A stretch of DNA of 51,909 nt, taken from contig CBFGJG010000002.1 in NCBI GenBank assembly GCA_965649055.1, positions 1 to 51,909 on the forward strand, written 5' to 3'. Position 1 is the first letter of the stretch, and each line of letters opens with the position of its first letter. The stretch is from a candidate division WOR-3 bacterium. GTDB lineage: Bacteria; Hydrothermota; UBA3072; B12-G15. Positions 18,501 through 28,626 of the stretch are shown one piece after another. The position numbers were made by a program, and so were the translations under genes. The notes under the pieces are model-generated. The model did no database searches, was not told where the DNA came from, and worked only from the letters and a program-made list of their open reading frames with translations.

Positions 18501-19388
18501 ATGAAGGTTGTATACTCAAATAAATATTATGCAGATATAGGTTCGCATGTATTCCCCGTTGAGAAATATAGACTTATATATGAAGGACTTCTGAAAGAAA
18601 AAATTATTGATAAAAACGATGTTGTTGAACCTGAAAATCCACAAGATGAAGATTTATTTGAAATACTTGAAAAGGAATATTTTGAAGACTTAAAAAATTT
18701 AAGATTAACAGAAAGAACTATGTTTTCTGAGATGCCTGTAAAGGAAGATATAATTTCAGCCCAGATTCTATCAGCCGGTGGAACATATGTTGCATCAAAG
18801 ATAGCATTAAATGAAGGTTGTTGTTTCCATATCGGTGGTGGATTCCATCATGCATTTAGAGACCATGCAGAGGGATTTTGCTATATAAATGATATTGTCT
18901 TTGCAGCTGTAAAATTACTAAAAGAAAGTGATTTGAAAATTTGTGTTATTGATTGTGATTTGCATCAGGGAAACGGAACTGCTAATTTCTTCAAAAATGA
19001 TAAAAGGGTTTTCACATTCTCAATACATCAGGAAAGGCTTTATCCGGCAAAGGAAAAATCAGATCTTGATATAGGGCTTGACGAAGGAACAGATGATAAT
19101 GAATATCTTGAAAAGTTAAATTATGCGATTGATTTTATTGATAAAAAATTCAAACCTGAATTTATCATATATCAAGCAGGTGCAGACCCTTATAAGTTTG
19201 ATATGCTTGGTAATCTCTCGATGTCTATTGATGGTTTAAAGAAAAGGGATGAGGTTGTAATTGGTTATGCTTATGAATATAAAATACCAATAGTTTCTGT
19301 TTTAGGTGGTGGTTATGCACAGAATACGGATGATACAGTCAAAATACACATAAACACTGCGAAGGTTATGAAAAATTATTTCGGTTGA
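18501..19388 (+). CDS. Histone deacetylase family protein
   Basis: HVFPVEKY, GGFHHA, GFCYIND, DCDLHQGNG, YQAGADP, GGGY. Confidence 0.93.
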   Translation: MKVVYSNKYYADIGSHVFPVEKYRLIYEGLLKEKIIDKNDVVEPENPQDEDLFEILEKEYFEDLKNLRLTERTMFSEMPVKEDIISAQILSAGGTYVASKIALNEGCCFHIGGGFHHAFRDHAEGFCYINDIVFAAVKLLKESDLKICVIDCDLHQGNGTANFFKNDKRVFTFSIHQERLYPAKEKSDLDIGLDEGTDDNEYLEKLNYAIDFIDKKFKPEFIIYQAGADPYKFDMLGNLSMSIDGLKKRDEVVIGYAYEYKIPIVSVLGGGYAQNTDDTVKIHINTAKVMKNYFG

Positions 19389-19399
19389 GATTTTATAAC

Positions 19400-19427
19400 T
19401 TGAAATATCACTGACTTATATTATAAT
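19400..19427 (+). promoter_or_regulatory. sigma70-type promoter for mscS (short leader with SD)
   Basis: TTGAAA-N16-TATAAT, then AAGGAG. Confidence 0.55.
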
Positions 19428-19444
19428 TCAAAAAAGGAGTTGTT

Positions 19445-20464
19445 ATGGAAAGATTTATATTACCAATAATTTTGTTTGGTAGTTTCTTATTTTTTGGTTT
19501 TATTATTGAATTTATCGTAATAAAGTATTTAAAAAAGATTGCGAGAAGGACAAAATGGGAAGGGGATGAAATTATCATAGGTTCTATTCAAAAATGGATT
19601 TTCTTTATCTTCACAGTGATTGGATTACATCTTGCATTAAATAATCTTCCGTTAAAATCAGAAACAATAAAAATACTTAATAGGTTCTTTATTGTTATAT
19701 ACATTTTTATTACTACAATTGTAATATCAAATATAGTAACAGGATTTATCAGGCTATATGGTAAAAAAACAAAAGATGTATTACCATCTGCTTCAATATT
19801 TGCAAATATTGCAAAATTATTTATCCTTTCTTTAGGTTTAATGATTATCCTGAATTCCCTTGGTATTTCAATAACCCCGATAATCACTACACTTGGGATT
19901 GGCGGTCTTGCTGTTGCACTTGCAATGCAGGATACTTTATCAAACCTATTTGCCGGATTCCAGGTCATTCTTTCAAAACAGATAAAAACAGGTGATTATA
20001 TCAGACTTGATTCAGGTGAAGAAGGATGGATTATTGACATAACCTGGAGGAATACCACTATAAGAGATATGTCCAATAATTTAATAATTATCCCAAACGC
20101 AAAACTTGCTAATGCAATAATAATTGATTTTGAAGCACCGACAAAGGATTTGTCTCTTCTAATCCCTGTTGGAGTAAGTTATAACAGCGACCTTGAAAAG
20201 GTTGAGCAAGTGACTATTGAAGTAGGAGAACAGGTAATGAGAGAAGTTCCCGGTGGTGTCCCTGATTTTAAACCTTTCATAAGATATAATAAATTTGGTG
20301 ATTTCTGCATATATTTCAATGTTATATTAAGGGTAAGAGAGTTTTCAGCACAATTTCTGGTTAGGCATGAATTTATTAAAAGACTTCATAAAAGATACAA
20401 AGAAGAAGGGATTGTTATTCCATATCCTTCAAGGGATGTTTATATAAAAGAGAAGAAAAATTAA
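19445..20464 (+). CDS. mscS: Small-conductance mechanosensitive channel
   Basis: LGIGGLAVALAMQDTLSNLFAG, GDYI, IPNAKL, VGVSYNSD. Confidence 0.92.
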   Translation: MERFILPIILFGSFLFFGFIIEFIVIKYLKKIARRTKWEGDEIIIGSIQKWIFFIFTVIGLHLALNNLPLKSETIKILNRFFIVIYIFITTIVISNIVTGFIRLYGKKTKDVLPSASIFANIAKLFILSLGLMIILNSLGISITPIITTLGIGGLAVALAMQDTLSNLFAGFQVILSKQIKTGDYIRLDSGEEGWIIDITWRNTTIRDMSNNLIIIPNAKLANAIIIDFEAPTKDLSLLIPVGVSYNSDLEKVEQVTIEVGEQVMREVPGGVPDFKPFIRYNKFGDFCIYFNVILRVREFSAQFLVRHEFIKRLHKRYKEEGIVIPYPSRDVYIKEKKN

Positions 20465-22191
20465 GGTAATATAAATCTCAAAAATATACCTACAAAGAAA
20501 GCTGTAAATAGCATTATTGTAGTTGATTTTAAAAGGTCTTTTATCCCAAGTTCCCTCAACATTGTTACAAATGTTGCTGCACATGGAAATGAGACTGCAA
20601 GCATAGTAACTGAGATTATCAATTGTTTTAAGCTCATATTAAGTGGCGCAAGCATACCAACAGCTATATCTTTTCTTAAAAAACCTAAAAGGATTGCAAT
20701 GAATGCTTCATAAGGAATTCCAAATAATCGTGAAAAAAAATTACCAGTCCATCTTCCTATCAAATCTATTACCCCGAAAGAATAAAGTATATTCACAAGA
20801 AAAATACCAAGTAAAACAAAAGGTGTTGCATCTTTAATAAACCATTTTATCCTTATCCATAATTTTTTCATCATTCCTTTAAAATATGGAACTCTATAAG
20901 GTGGTATCTCTATAAAAATCTCGGGAATTTCTCCCTTTGAAAAAAATTTCAAAAAAATTCCACCTAAAAGCCATATAGCAAATAGTGTTGTATAAACTGG
21001 TAAAATTCCTTTAGGACCGTATCTTCCTAAAAGAGCAAATATCATTGCCGTTAAGGACATACAGGGTATAGATACAGACATTAATGTCGAAGCAATGAAC
21101 CTTGCTCTCTTTGTCTCAAGTATCCTTGTTCCCATTATACCCGGAACATTACATCCAAAACCAAGCAGCATCGGGACTATCCCCATTCCATGTAAACCTA
21201 CAGTATGCATAATCCTGTCAAAAATAACTGCAAGCCTTGGAAGATAACCAGAATCTTCAAGGAAACTCAAGACAAGATAAAATGCAAAAACATATGGTAA
21301 AACCTGTGCAAACTCAACATAAATGCCTGTTGTTAAAAGACCAAAAGACATCCTGTAATCTATCCTCCCATTTATAAGTTCACCTATAAAAATATTATGT
21401 ATTATATTGTTAAAAGATAAAATACCTGATAAAAAATTTAATGGATGAATCAATACTTTATTAAAGATGGGGTCAAATATAAATCTTATCAGATTTTCAC
21501 CTGTGAATCTTACAAGATAAAAGAAGACAAAAATAAGAATAATAGAGATTGGAATTCCTGTAGCAGGATGAATAGTAAGGTCTGATAATCTTTCAAGGAA
21601 TGTATGGTGTTTATGGGTTATCCTCTGAACCTTTTCTACTATTTTCCCAACCTCCTTCCATCTGTTCCCTGAAAATTGATAATTACCTTTCCTTGCTAAA
21701 TGCAGATTCTCTGCAAGTTCTTTAATACCTTCACCTGATATGGCACATGTTGTAAAGATTGGAACACCAAGGATTTCTTCAAGTTTTTTTACATCAATAC
21801 TTATACCAATATGTTTTATCTCATCCCATAGATTTAAAACGATTATCACAGGAATATCAAGCTTCAGAATCTGCAATGTTAGATTAAGATTCCTTTCAAG
21901 GTTTGTTGCATCAATAACATTTATTATTATGCTATCCTTATCTTCAATTGCTTTATTTATCATATTTACTGCGACTTCCTCAGCAGGTGAAGATGGCTCT
22001 AAAGAATATGTCCCTGGAACATCTATAACCTCTATCTTTTCATTACCTTTACAGACATCACCTTTACAGAATTCAACAGTTGTCCCAGGATAATTTGAGA
22101 CAATAACATCAACACCGGTAAGCCTTGAGAAAATAACACTTTTACCCACATTAGGATTACCTACAAGAAGGATTTTCTTAATATTCTTCAT
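20461..22191 (-). CDS. feoB: Ferrous iron transporter B
   Basis: GNPNVGKS, NYPGTTVE, DVPGTYSL, LEDSGYLPR, GFGCNVP. Start probably ATG 22191. Confidence 0.95.
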   Translation of the reverse strand: MKNIKKILLVGNPNVGKSVIFSRLTGVDVIVSNYPGTTVEFCKGDVCKGNEKIEVIDVPGTYSLEPSSPAEEVAVNMINKAIEDKDSIIINVIDATNLERNLNLTLQILKLDIPVIIVLNLWDEIKHIGISIDVKKLEEILGVPIFTTCAISGEGIKELAENLHLARKGNYQFSGNRWKEVGKIVEKVQRITHKHHTFLERLSDLTIHPATGIPISIILIFVFFYLVRFTGENLIRFIFDPIFNKVLIHPLNFLSGILSFNNIIHNIFIGELINGRIDYRMSFGLLTTGIYVEFAQVLPYVFAFYLVLSFLEDSGYLPRLAVIFDRIMHTVGLHGMGIVPMLLGFGCNVPGIMGTRILETKRARFIASTLMSVSIPCMSLTAMIFALLGRYGPKGILPVYTTLFAIWLLGGIFLKFFSKGEIPEIFIEIPPYRVPYFKGMMKKLWIRIKWFIKDATPFVLLGIFLVNILYSFGVIDLIGRWTGNFFSRLFGIPYEAFIAILLGFLRKDIAVGMLAPLNMSLKQLIISVTMLAVSFPCAATFVTMLRELGIKDLLKSTTIMLFTAFFVGIFLRFILP

Positions 22192-22429
22192 CTTTAGATT
22201 CAATCTCTTCAACTATTATCTTTCTTGCCATTCCATATCCAATTGCAACCTGTGTTGTTCCAACCTTAATAACAACAGGTCCTTTCATAACCTGATTCGA
22301 AATCTTCCTTATAATAACATCTGGTATTATTCCTATTGATTCAAGTCTTTTCTTCAACCCATGTCCACCCTGAATCTCAACTACCTTTACATCTTTTCCT
22401 TCTTCAACATTTATCAGTTCTTTTTTCAT
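22178..22429 (-). CDS. feoA: Ferrous iron transport protein A
   Basis: KRLESIGI, GPVVIKVG, VAIGYGMA; SD AGGAGG before ATG 22429. Confidence 0.92.
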   Translation of the reverse strand: MKKELINVEEGKDVKVVEIQGGHGLKKRLESIGIIPDVIIRKISNQVMKGPVVIKVGTTQVAIGYGMARKIIVEEIESKDEEY

Positions 22430-22871
22430 TTTTCCTCCTGCACTTTTCACATATACCAAATATTTCAAGTTTGTGTGAATTTATCTCAAATTTATATTTT
22501 TTTGCTATCATCTCTTGAATTTTTTCTATTTCATCATCATAGAATTCAACAATTTTACCACATTTTTCACAAATAAAATGGTCATGATGAAGACCATTAT
22601 GGGCAGGCTCAAACCTTATAAAGCCATCACCAATTTCAATCTCATTCGCTATCCCACTTTCTTTAAGATTCTTCAATGTCCTGTAAATAGTGGAATAACT
22701 CACCTTAATACCATCCTTCTTCATCTCTTCATACAATTCTTCAACACTGTAATGTTTATCTTTACTTAAAAAATACATTATTATAAATTTTCTTTTATCA
22801 GAATTCTTAAACTTCTTCTCTTTTTTGTATTTGTTCCATTTATCCATTTCGAAATTGAAATTCATTTTCAT
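22404..22871 (-). CDS. fur: Ferric uptake regulator
   Basis: HYSVEEL, STIYRTL, HHDHFICEKCG, CEKC; upstream of feoAB. Confidence 0.9.
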   Translation of the reverse strand: MKMNFNFEMDKWNKYKKEKKFKNSDKRKFIIMYFLSKDKHYSVEELYEEMKKDGIKVSYSTIYRTLKNLKESGIANEIEIGDGFIRFEPAHNGLHHDHFICEKCGKIVEFYDDEIEKIQEMIAKKYKFEINSHKLEIFGICEKCRRKNEKRTDKC

Positions 22872-22905
22872 AATTTAAATATATATTCGTTATAAAATTT
22901 GTCAA
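22856..22905 (-). promoter_or_regulatory. fur-feoAB promoter with a Fur box at the predicted start site
   Basis: TTGACA-N16-TATATT-N6-ATG; TGAAAAT-G-AATTTCA (7-1-7) at 22856-22870. Confidence 0.6.
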
Positions 22906-23109
22906 GGCTTTCATAACAAAAATTTGTAGAAGTCTGATTGCAAGATTATTAACTTTGAGAATTTATAAGGAACTTTTAGTTATTAAAGATTCCATAAATT
23001 AATATATAAACTATGATAACTGGTTGTTAGTCTGACTTAAATGTTAACTTTATTAAACCTGAATCCCTTATTTTTGTTTTACAGTGTTAAGATTATTATT
23101 TAATATATT

Positions 23110-23532
23110 TTAGACATCAAAAACAGCCCTTAAAATCCATTTATTTTTTTGATTTTCAATCTTGAACTGATGGTATGTGATAGCCTTTATAATAAATTTT
23201 TGTGGGTGTTTTGAAATATCAAATATATCTCCTTTTAAATCACAAAAAATCTCATTCTCTTTAATTTTCACCGAACACTTCTTTGGTAAAAATTTCTTTG
23301 TTTCAAATAAAAATATAATTTCTTCTATTAACTTTATTATTCCATCTTCAATACCCTCATAGGGTAATTTTAATTTCATATTAATTGAAGCCTTCAATTT
23401 CGAAAAATCCGTTGTCAAATCTGAATATACTAAAACTAAATTTTCTATTAATTCTTCAAGAGATTTTCCTTCGACTATAATTCCAATATCCGCTGTATGT
23501 TCGAAAAACTCATAATTAAGTTTTGAGCCCAT
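23110..23532 (-). CDS. Archease
   Basis: YEFFEHTADIGI, IKAITYHQF, terminal VFDV. Start moved to ATG 23532, downstream of the tRNA. Confidence 0.92.
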   Translation of the reverse strand: MGSKLNYEFFEHTADIGIIVEGKSLEELIENLVLVYSDLTTDFSKLKASINMKLKLPYEGIEDGIIKLIEEIIFLFETKKFLPKKCSVKIKENEIFCDLKGDIFDISKHPQKFIIKAITYHQFKIENQKNKWILRAVFDV

Positions 23533-23543
23533 TGATAAAAAAA

Positions 23544-23615
23544 TTGCGAGGGTGGGATTCGAACCCACGATCTTTGGGTTATGAGCCCAACGAGTTACCG
23601 CTACTCCACCTCGCG
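23544..23615 (-). tRNA. Initiator tRNA-fMet (CAT)
   Basis: C1:A72 mismatch, GGG/CCC anticodon stem, CT-CAT-AA, GTTCGAATC. Confidence 0.95.
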
Positions 23616-23624
23616 TCAATTATA

Positions 23625-23701
23625 AATATATAACAATTAAATATTTTGTCAAGTCTTATATAGAAAAAATTCCTTGACATTTTTTAGTTTTAATTTATAT
23701 A
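23625..23701. promoter_or_regulatory. Divergent promoters for tRNA-fMet/archease and the methyltransferase-like gene
   Basis: (-) TTGACA-N16-TATATT; (+) TTGACA at 23674-23679, 28 nt before ATG 23708. Confidence 0.55.
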
Positions 23702-23707
23702 AATAAT

Positions 23708-24436
23708 ATGAGTGAGTGGTTTAATTCTAATGAAATCTTTGAATTGCTAAATATAGAAAAAGATGAAAATATAATAAAAGAAGAAGTTTCAAAAATCATC
23801 AAATTACTGGGTATAAATGAAAATAGTCGAATTTGTGATTTCGCATCAAGAAACTGCCAATATTCAATTGAATTAGCAAAAAGAGGGTATAAAGTCGTTG
23901 CAGTTGATTCAATAAAAACACCTCTTGAGAAGGCTAACAAGCTTTGTAATAAAGAGAAAATTCCACTTGATATATCAATCGAAAATCTCAAAAACTTCGC
24001 CCGTTCTGAATATTTTGACATTATTATAAATTACGCAATTCCATTTTGCTTCCTAACCGAAGGTGAAGATGATTTTCGTGTTCTGAAAAACCTTGTCCGT
24101 TCGTTAAGAACAGGAGGAAAATTATTACTGAGATTGATATCAAAAGAGATATTTTTAAGAAATTTCTGCAGTAAAAGCTGGTTTTCTAAAGAAAATAAAT
24201 TAATTCTAAAGGAAACTAAGATTATTGACGACTGGTCAAAAATTGAAACAAGATGGATTTTGATAGATTCCAGAAAAAGAGAGTTAAAGACAAAATTTAA
24301 ATTATATTCAGGATTAGAGATAAAAACACTTTTAAGACAATCAGGTATTGAAGATATTATACTCTATGGTGATATAGAAGGGAATCCATTTGACGAAAAC
24401 GCAAAAGAACTTTTTGCACTTGCAATTAAAAAGTAA
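23708..24436 (+). CDS. Class I SAM-methyltransferase-fold protein with degenerate motif I
   Basis: ICDFASRNCQ, ELAKRGYKVVAVD, LRTGGKLLL. Confidence 0.75.
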   Translation: MSEWFNSNEIFELLNIEKDENIIKEEVSKIIKLLGINENSRICDFASRNCQYSIELAKRGYKVVAVDSIKTPLEKANKLCNKEKIPLDISIENLKNFARSEYFDIIINYAIPFCFLTEGEDDFRVLKNLVRSLRTGGKLLLRLISKEIFLRNFCSKSWFSKENKLILKETKIIDDWSKIETRWILIDSRKRELKTKFKLYSGLEIKTLLRQSGIEDIILYGDIEGNPFDENAKELFALAIKK

Positions 24437-24492
24437 TATTTCTTATAACCATTGATTATCATCAATAGTCAGCATTCTTTATAGAAAAATAA

Positions 24493-25002
24493 TTACCATT
24501 TTTCAAAATGAACCCTTTCCGGGTCAAACTGGGTCCTGGGTTCTTTTAACTCATCAGGGTATCCAACAGCAATAAGTGAAAAGACCTCAATACCATCAGG
24601 TATTCCGAACAATTCTTTTAATGGTTTTTTCCTTTCTATCCTCGGATGAACACCTATCCAAACACCTCCAAGACCTATATTTGCAATTGCAAGAAGCATA
24701 TTTTCTGTTGCGGCAGCACAATCTTGTTCCCATAGTATTTCGGAAATCTTAGTATCTCCACATATCGCAAAACATAAAGAAGCGTTTTTCATCATAGGGG
24801 CATTTGGTAAAATATCCGATATTTTCTTTAGGGTTTCTTTATCCTTTACAACTATGAAATGCCATGGTTTCAAATTCCTTCCAGATGGTGCTGCCATTCC
24901 TGCTTCAAGTATAGCAGTAATATCTTCATCTTTTACATCATATCCTTTTTTATATTCCCTTATAGACCTTCTCTTGAATATAAAATCAAGTCTTTTATCC
25001 AC
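24493..25002 (-). CDS. Nitroreductase family protein
   Basis: RRSIREY, AAPSGRNLKPWHF, QDCAAATENMLLA, GLGGVWIG. Confidence 0.93.
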   Translation of the reverse strand: MDKRLDFIFKRRSIREYKKGYDVKDEDITAILEAGMAAPSGRNLKPWHFIVVKDKETLKKISDILPNAPMMKNASLCFAICGDTKISEILWEQDCAAATENMLLAIANIGLGGVWIGVHPRIERKKPLKELFGIPDGIEVFSLIAVGYPDELKEPRTQFDPERVHFEKW

Positions 25003-25104
25003 CTAATCTCCTTTCTTTTTCATCATTATAAAAATAGAATGAATAATCCCACCGAATAGAATGATTGTTACAAAGATGAAAGTAATCCATCCACCAATAT
25101 TCAT
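25003..25104 (-). CDS. MetS-like small subunit of an NSS transporter (33 aa, not in ORF track)
   Basis: MNIGGWITFIFVTIILFGGIIHSIFIMMKKKGD; ATGA overlap with the NSS stop. Confidence 0.8.
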   Translation of the reverse strand: MNIGGWITFIFVTIILFGGIIHSIFIMMKKKGD

Positions 25105-26559
25105 TTCTCCTCCTTTGTTAACCTCGAAAATATAAACGAAAGAATCAGGAATAAAATCAAAGAACCCCATCCAAATGCTTCTGCTGTCCTTGGATAACCT
25201 TCATAAGGCGATTTTATTCTTTCTATTAATGAAACTAAAAGCAGGATTATTGAAGCCAGCGGAACTATCAGTATAATAGATATATTCCACCATTTACCGA
25301 TTTTCCTCTCAGAAACATCGTTAAGAAACAATCTTAGATTTTCAGACTTATAAAAATATGCAATAGCAATACATTCAAGGAAACCAACCATAAATAGTCC
25401 GAAATTATTCATAAAGTAATCCATTATGTCAAGCCAGTATAAACCAGCACCAGTTGTATAAATTATACCTATTAAAAAACCGACTATTGCAACACCTATA
25501 TTTGATTTCCATCTTTTAAATTTGAATTTGTCAATAAAACTGGCAGAAACGCCTTCAACAAGGGAAAATGCAGAATCTATTGCAAGTGTTAAAAGCATTA
25601 TAAAAAACAAGATTCCAAAAAGTGGAGAAAGTGGAAGTCTACTTATTATTGTTGGATATGTGCAAAAAGCAAGTTCAGGACCACTTTTCATCACATCTGC
25701 GACTGAAACACCCATACTATTCGCATAGTATCCAAGTGTTGAAAAAACAGCAAAACCAGCAATATATGCAGTTGAAGCATCTGCAAGCCCTATTATAAAA
25801 GCATTATTAACAATATCAGATTTTGGGGGAAGGAAACTTGCATAAGCAATCATTACACCGAAACCAACCGTAAGGGAAAAGAAACATTGAGAAATTGCAG
25901 CCTGCCATAGTTCGGGTGAAAGGAGCTTATTCCATTCGGGTGTAAGATAATATTTAATACCTTCAAAAGCCCCTGGAAGTGTTAATCCTCTTATTACAAA
26001 TACAATTAAGAGTAACCAGGGTAAGGTAACAGTAACATAAACCACCTTACCAACTGTTTTTGCACCTTTCCATATTGAAAGAATTATCCAGATCCAACTT
26101 AAGATAAGCCCTGTTATTATGTGCCATTGTATTTTCCCAAGATTAAACACAGAATCTGTAAGACCAAGAACATTATTATAAAAGAAATTCTTAGGATTTT
26201 CTCCCCACATTGTTTTTATAGAATAGAAAAGATAATCAAAAGACCATCCCATTATAACAGAATAATATGTAGTTATACAGAAACCAACAAGAATAGCAAA
26301 CCATCCAAGCCACTCAAAATTTGTCTTTCCTAACTTTATCTGTGAAAGCGAAAATGGTGCTGAACCCTTGAATTTATAACCTATTCCAAATTCAAGTATC
26401 AACAGAGGAATTCCTATCACAGTAAGCAAATAGAAATGCACCACCACCATACTTGTAACAGATGTAAGGAAATCTCCATACATTTCCAAGACCAATTGCA
26501 GAACCAATAGCTGCAAGGACAAATGATAATCTACCAGACCAGTAGGTTTTTTCTTCCAT
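25101..26559 (-). pseudogene. Sodium-dependent (NSS/SNF) transporter, frameshifted near codon 46
   Basis: SD + ATG 26559 gives [26 protein letters not shown]...GGGAFL, in a different frame from GIPLLILE... downstream. Confidence 0.85.
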
Positions 26560-26572
26560 TTATTCCTCCTTT

Positions 26573-27301
26573 TCAAAAATTTTTTTTCTTAACAACATAC
26601 ATTATCCTTTTGGAATTTTTATTTGCTTTTTCCATCTTAAAACAATTGTAGTTTGCAATAACCTGGAAACCTGCTGACTCTAATAACTCATTAACCATTT
26701 CAGGTTCATATCCTCTTTCCTGATGTATCTCGTCTATCCTTTTATAATTATTCTTCTGCTTAACAAATAAAGTAAGATAAAGTGTTATTATATCATCCTG
26801 CAATTTGTATCTCCATATTGAGTAAATTCCATCAATTTCTTCAGTTTTTTCACCTTCAAGTGCAATAACTTTTATTCCTTTTACTGTGTTCATATCAAAA
26901 ATAAAAAAACCATCCGGCAATAAAATCCTCCACACTTCCTTAAAACAATTCCTCAGTTCTTCTTCATTTATCAGATAATTAAGACTATCAAAAAGTGAAT
27001 AAACAAGAGTAAATTCCCTTTTAAGTGGAAGATTCCTAAAATCCCCAACTATCATAAGACCATCTGGCTTTTTCTTTATTGCTTCTCTAAGCATATAAAA
27101 TGATTTATCAAGAAATACAAAATTATTAAAATTATTTACAATCGGTATGGAACTGTTACCTGTTCCAGCCCCAAGGTCGCAGACATATGTGAGTTGGATA
27201 GAATATACTTTTGCAATGTGTAATAAATAAGAAGTCCATCTTTCATAGTCTATATTCTTCATCAATAAATCATAATAAGGAGCAATCTCTTTATATATCA
27301 T
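26573..27301 (-). CDS. Class I SAM-dependent methyltransferase
   Basis: APYYDLLM, DLGAGTG, DSLNYL, HQERGY. Confidence 0.9.
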   Translation of the reverse strand: MIYKEIAPYYDLLMKNIDYERWTSYLLHIAKVYSIQLTYVCDLGAGTGNSSIPIVNNFNNFVFLDKSFYMLREAIKKKPDGLMIVGDFRNLPLKREFTLVYSLFDSLNYLINEEELRNCFKEVWRILLPDGFFIFDMNTVKGIKVIALEGEKTEEIDGIYSIWRYKLQDDIITLYLTLFVKQKNNYKRIDEIHQERGYEPEMVNELLESAGFQVIANYNCFKMEKANKNSKRIMYVVKKKNF

Positions 27302-28626
27302 TGAAATGAATCTATAATTTTTTTTATCTCGCTAAGTTTTTCTTCAAGTATATCCTTTTTTTCGGATTCAATGATAAGTCTCAGTAGTGGTTCTGTATTT
27401 GATTTTCTAATATTGAACCACCAGTTATCATATTCTATCGTTAATCCATCAAGTTCTGAAATTTTACCATCTTTAAAATTCTCCCTTATTTTATTTATAA
27501 TTTCATCTTTCTTTTCTGTATGAAAATTTATCTCACCTGTTGAGTAATGTTTTCTCAGTTCACCAACCAATTCTGAAAAACTTTTATCTTCTGGTATCCC
27601 TGAAATATAATTAATAAAATTCACGAATGCAAGTATTCCACTATCCGCATAGAACATATTCCTGAAATAATAATGTCCTGCAAGCTCTCCACCAAACACA
27701 CCATTTAATTCTTTCAATTTTCTCCTTGCGTATGCATGACCGACCTTTACCCTCTCAGGCCTTCCACCAAGTTTTATAATCTCCTTCCATACATCCCTTG
27801 AAGTCCTTACATCAACAATAACATATTCACCCTTTATATCTATTTCCCTCGCAAGGAATGCTGTTATAAGGTCAGGAAGAACCATCTCTCCTTTCTCATC
27901 AACAAATACACATCTATCACCATCTCCATCAAAACATACACCAAATCTGTAGTCAGAGTTTTTCATAATTTGTGAAATCTCGTTCAGGTTCTCTCTTTGC
28001 AAGGGATTTGGAGCGTGTTTGGGATAACTACCATCTATTTCAAAATTTAACCTTTTGACATTAACATGAAGTTTATCTAAGAAATTTTCAAGAACAACAG
28101 GTGTAGAACCATTGAAAGCATCTATGACAAATTTTAATTCATTCTTTAAATTAAGATTTGATTTTAAGAATTTCACATACTCATCGATAAAATCCTGTTT
28201 TTCAGTTTTACCTTTAATTTTCTTATTAAATCTTTTATTCAAAGCAACATCCATAATTTTATCAAGCCCAAATTCAAGCCCTATAGATAAAACATCACTA
28301 CCTATTATCTTAAAACCATTATATTCTTTTGGGTTATGGGAAGCAGTTATCATTACACCCGGATATCTTGTTATACCTACAACAAATGAAACCATAGGGG
28401 TTGTAACAAGACCAATATTAATTACATCCTTACCTGAATCGTTAATACCATCTTTGAGATTTTCTAACAAAGGCAAAGAAGATGGTCTTGCATCGTAACC
28501 CACTACAATTTTCTCTTCAGGGAAGTATTCAGCAAGAGCCCTGCCAATCAAATAAGCGTCTTCTTCATTTAATTCATCAGGATATACACCTCTAATATCA
28601 TACGCCTTGAATATATTCCTCTCCAT
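27298..28626 (-). CDS. Phosphomannomutase/phosphoglucomutase
   Basis: FKAYDIRG, TASHNP, DGDGDR, GELAGH, RKSNTEP. Confidence 0.95.
   Translation of the reverse strand: MERNIFKAYDIRGVYPDELNEEDAYLIGRALAEYFPEEKIVVGYDARPSSLPLLENLKDGINDSGKDVINIGLVTTPMVSFVVGITRYPGVMITASHNPKEYNGFKIIGSDVLSIGLEFGLDKIMDVALNKRFNKKIKGKTEKQDFIDEYVKFLKSNLNLKNELKFVIDAFNGSTPVVLENFLDKLHVNVKRLNFEIDGSYPKHAPNPLQRENLNEISQIMKNSDYRFGVCFDGDGDRCVFVDEKGEMVLPDLITAFLAREIDIKGEYVIVDVRTSRDVWKEIIKLGGRPERVKVGHAYARRKLKELNGVFGGELAGHYYFRNMFYADSGILAFVNFINYISGIPEDKSFSELVGELRKHYSTGEINFHTEKKDEIINKIRENFKDGKISELDGLTIEYDNWWFNIRKSNTEPLLRLIIESEKKDILEEKLSEIKKIIDSFQ

Noticed and set aside
22906..23109. 200-bp AT-rich intergenic region as an ncRNA
   Set aside because: No convincing structure; only a 7-mer (AGTCTGA) repeats.
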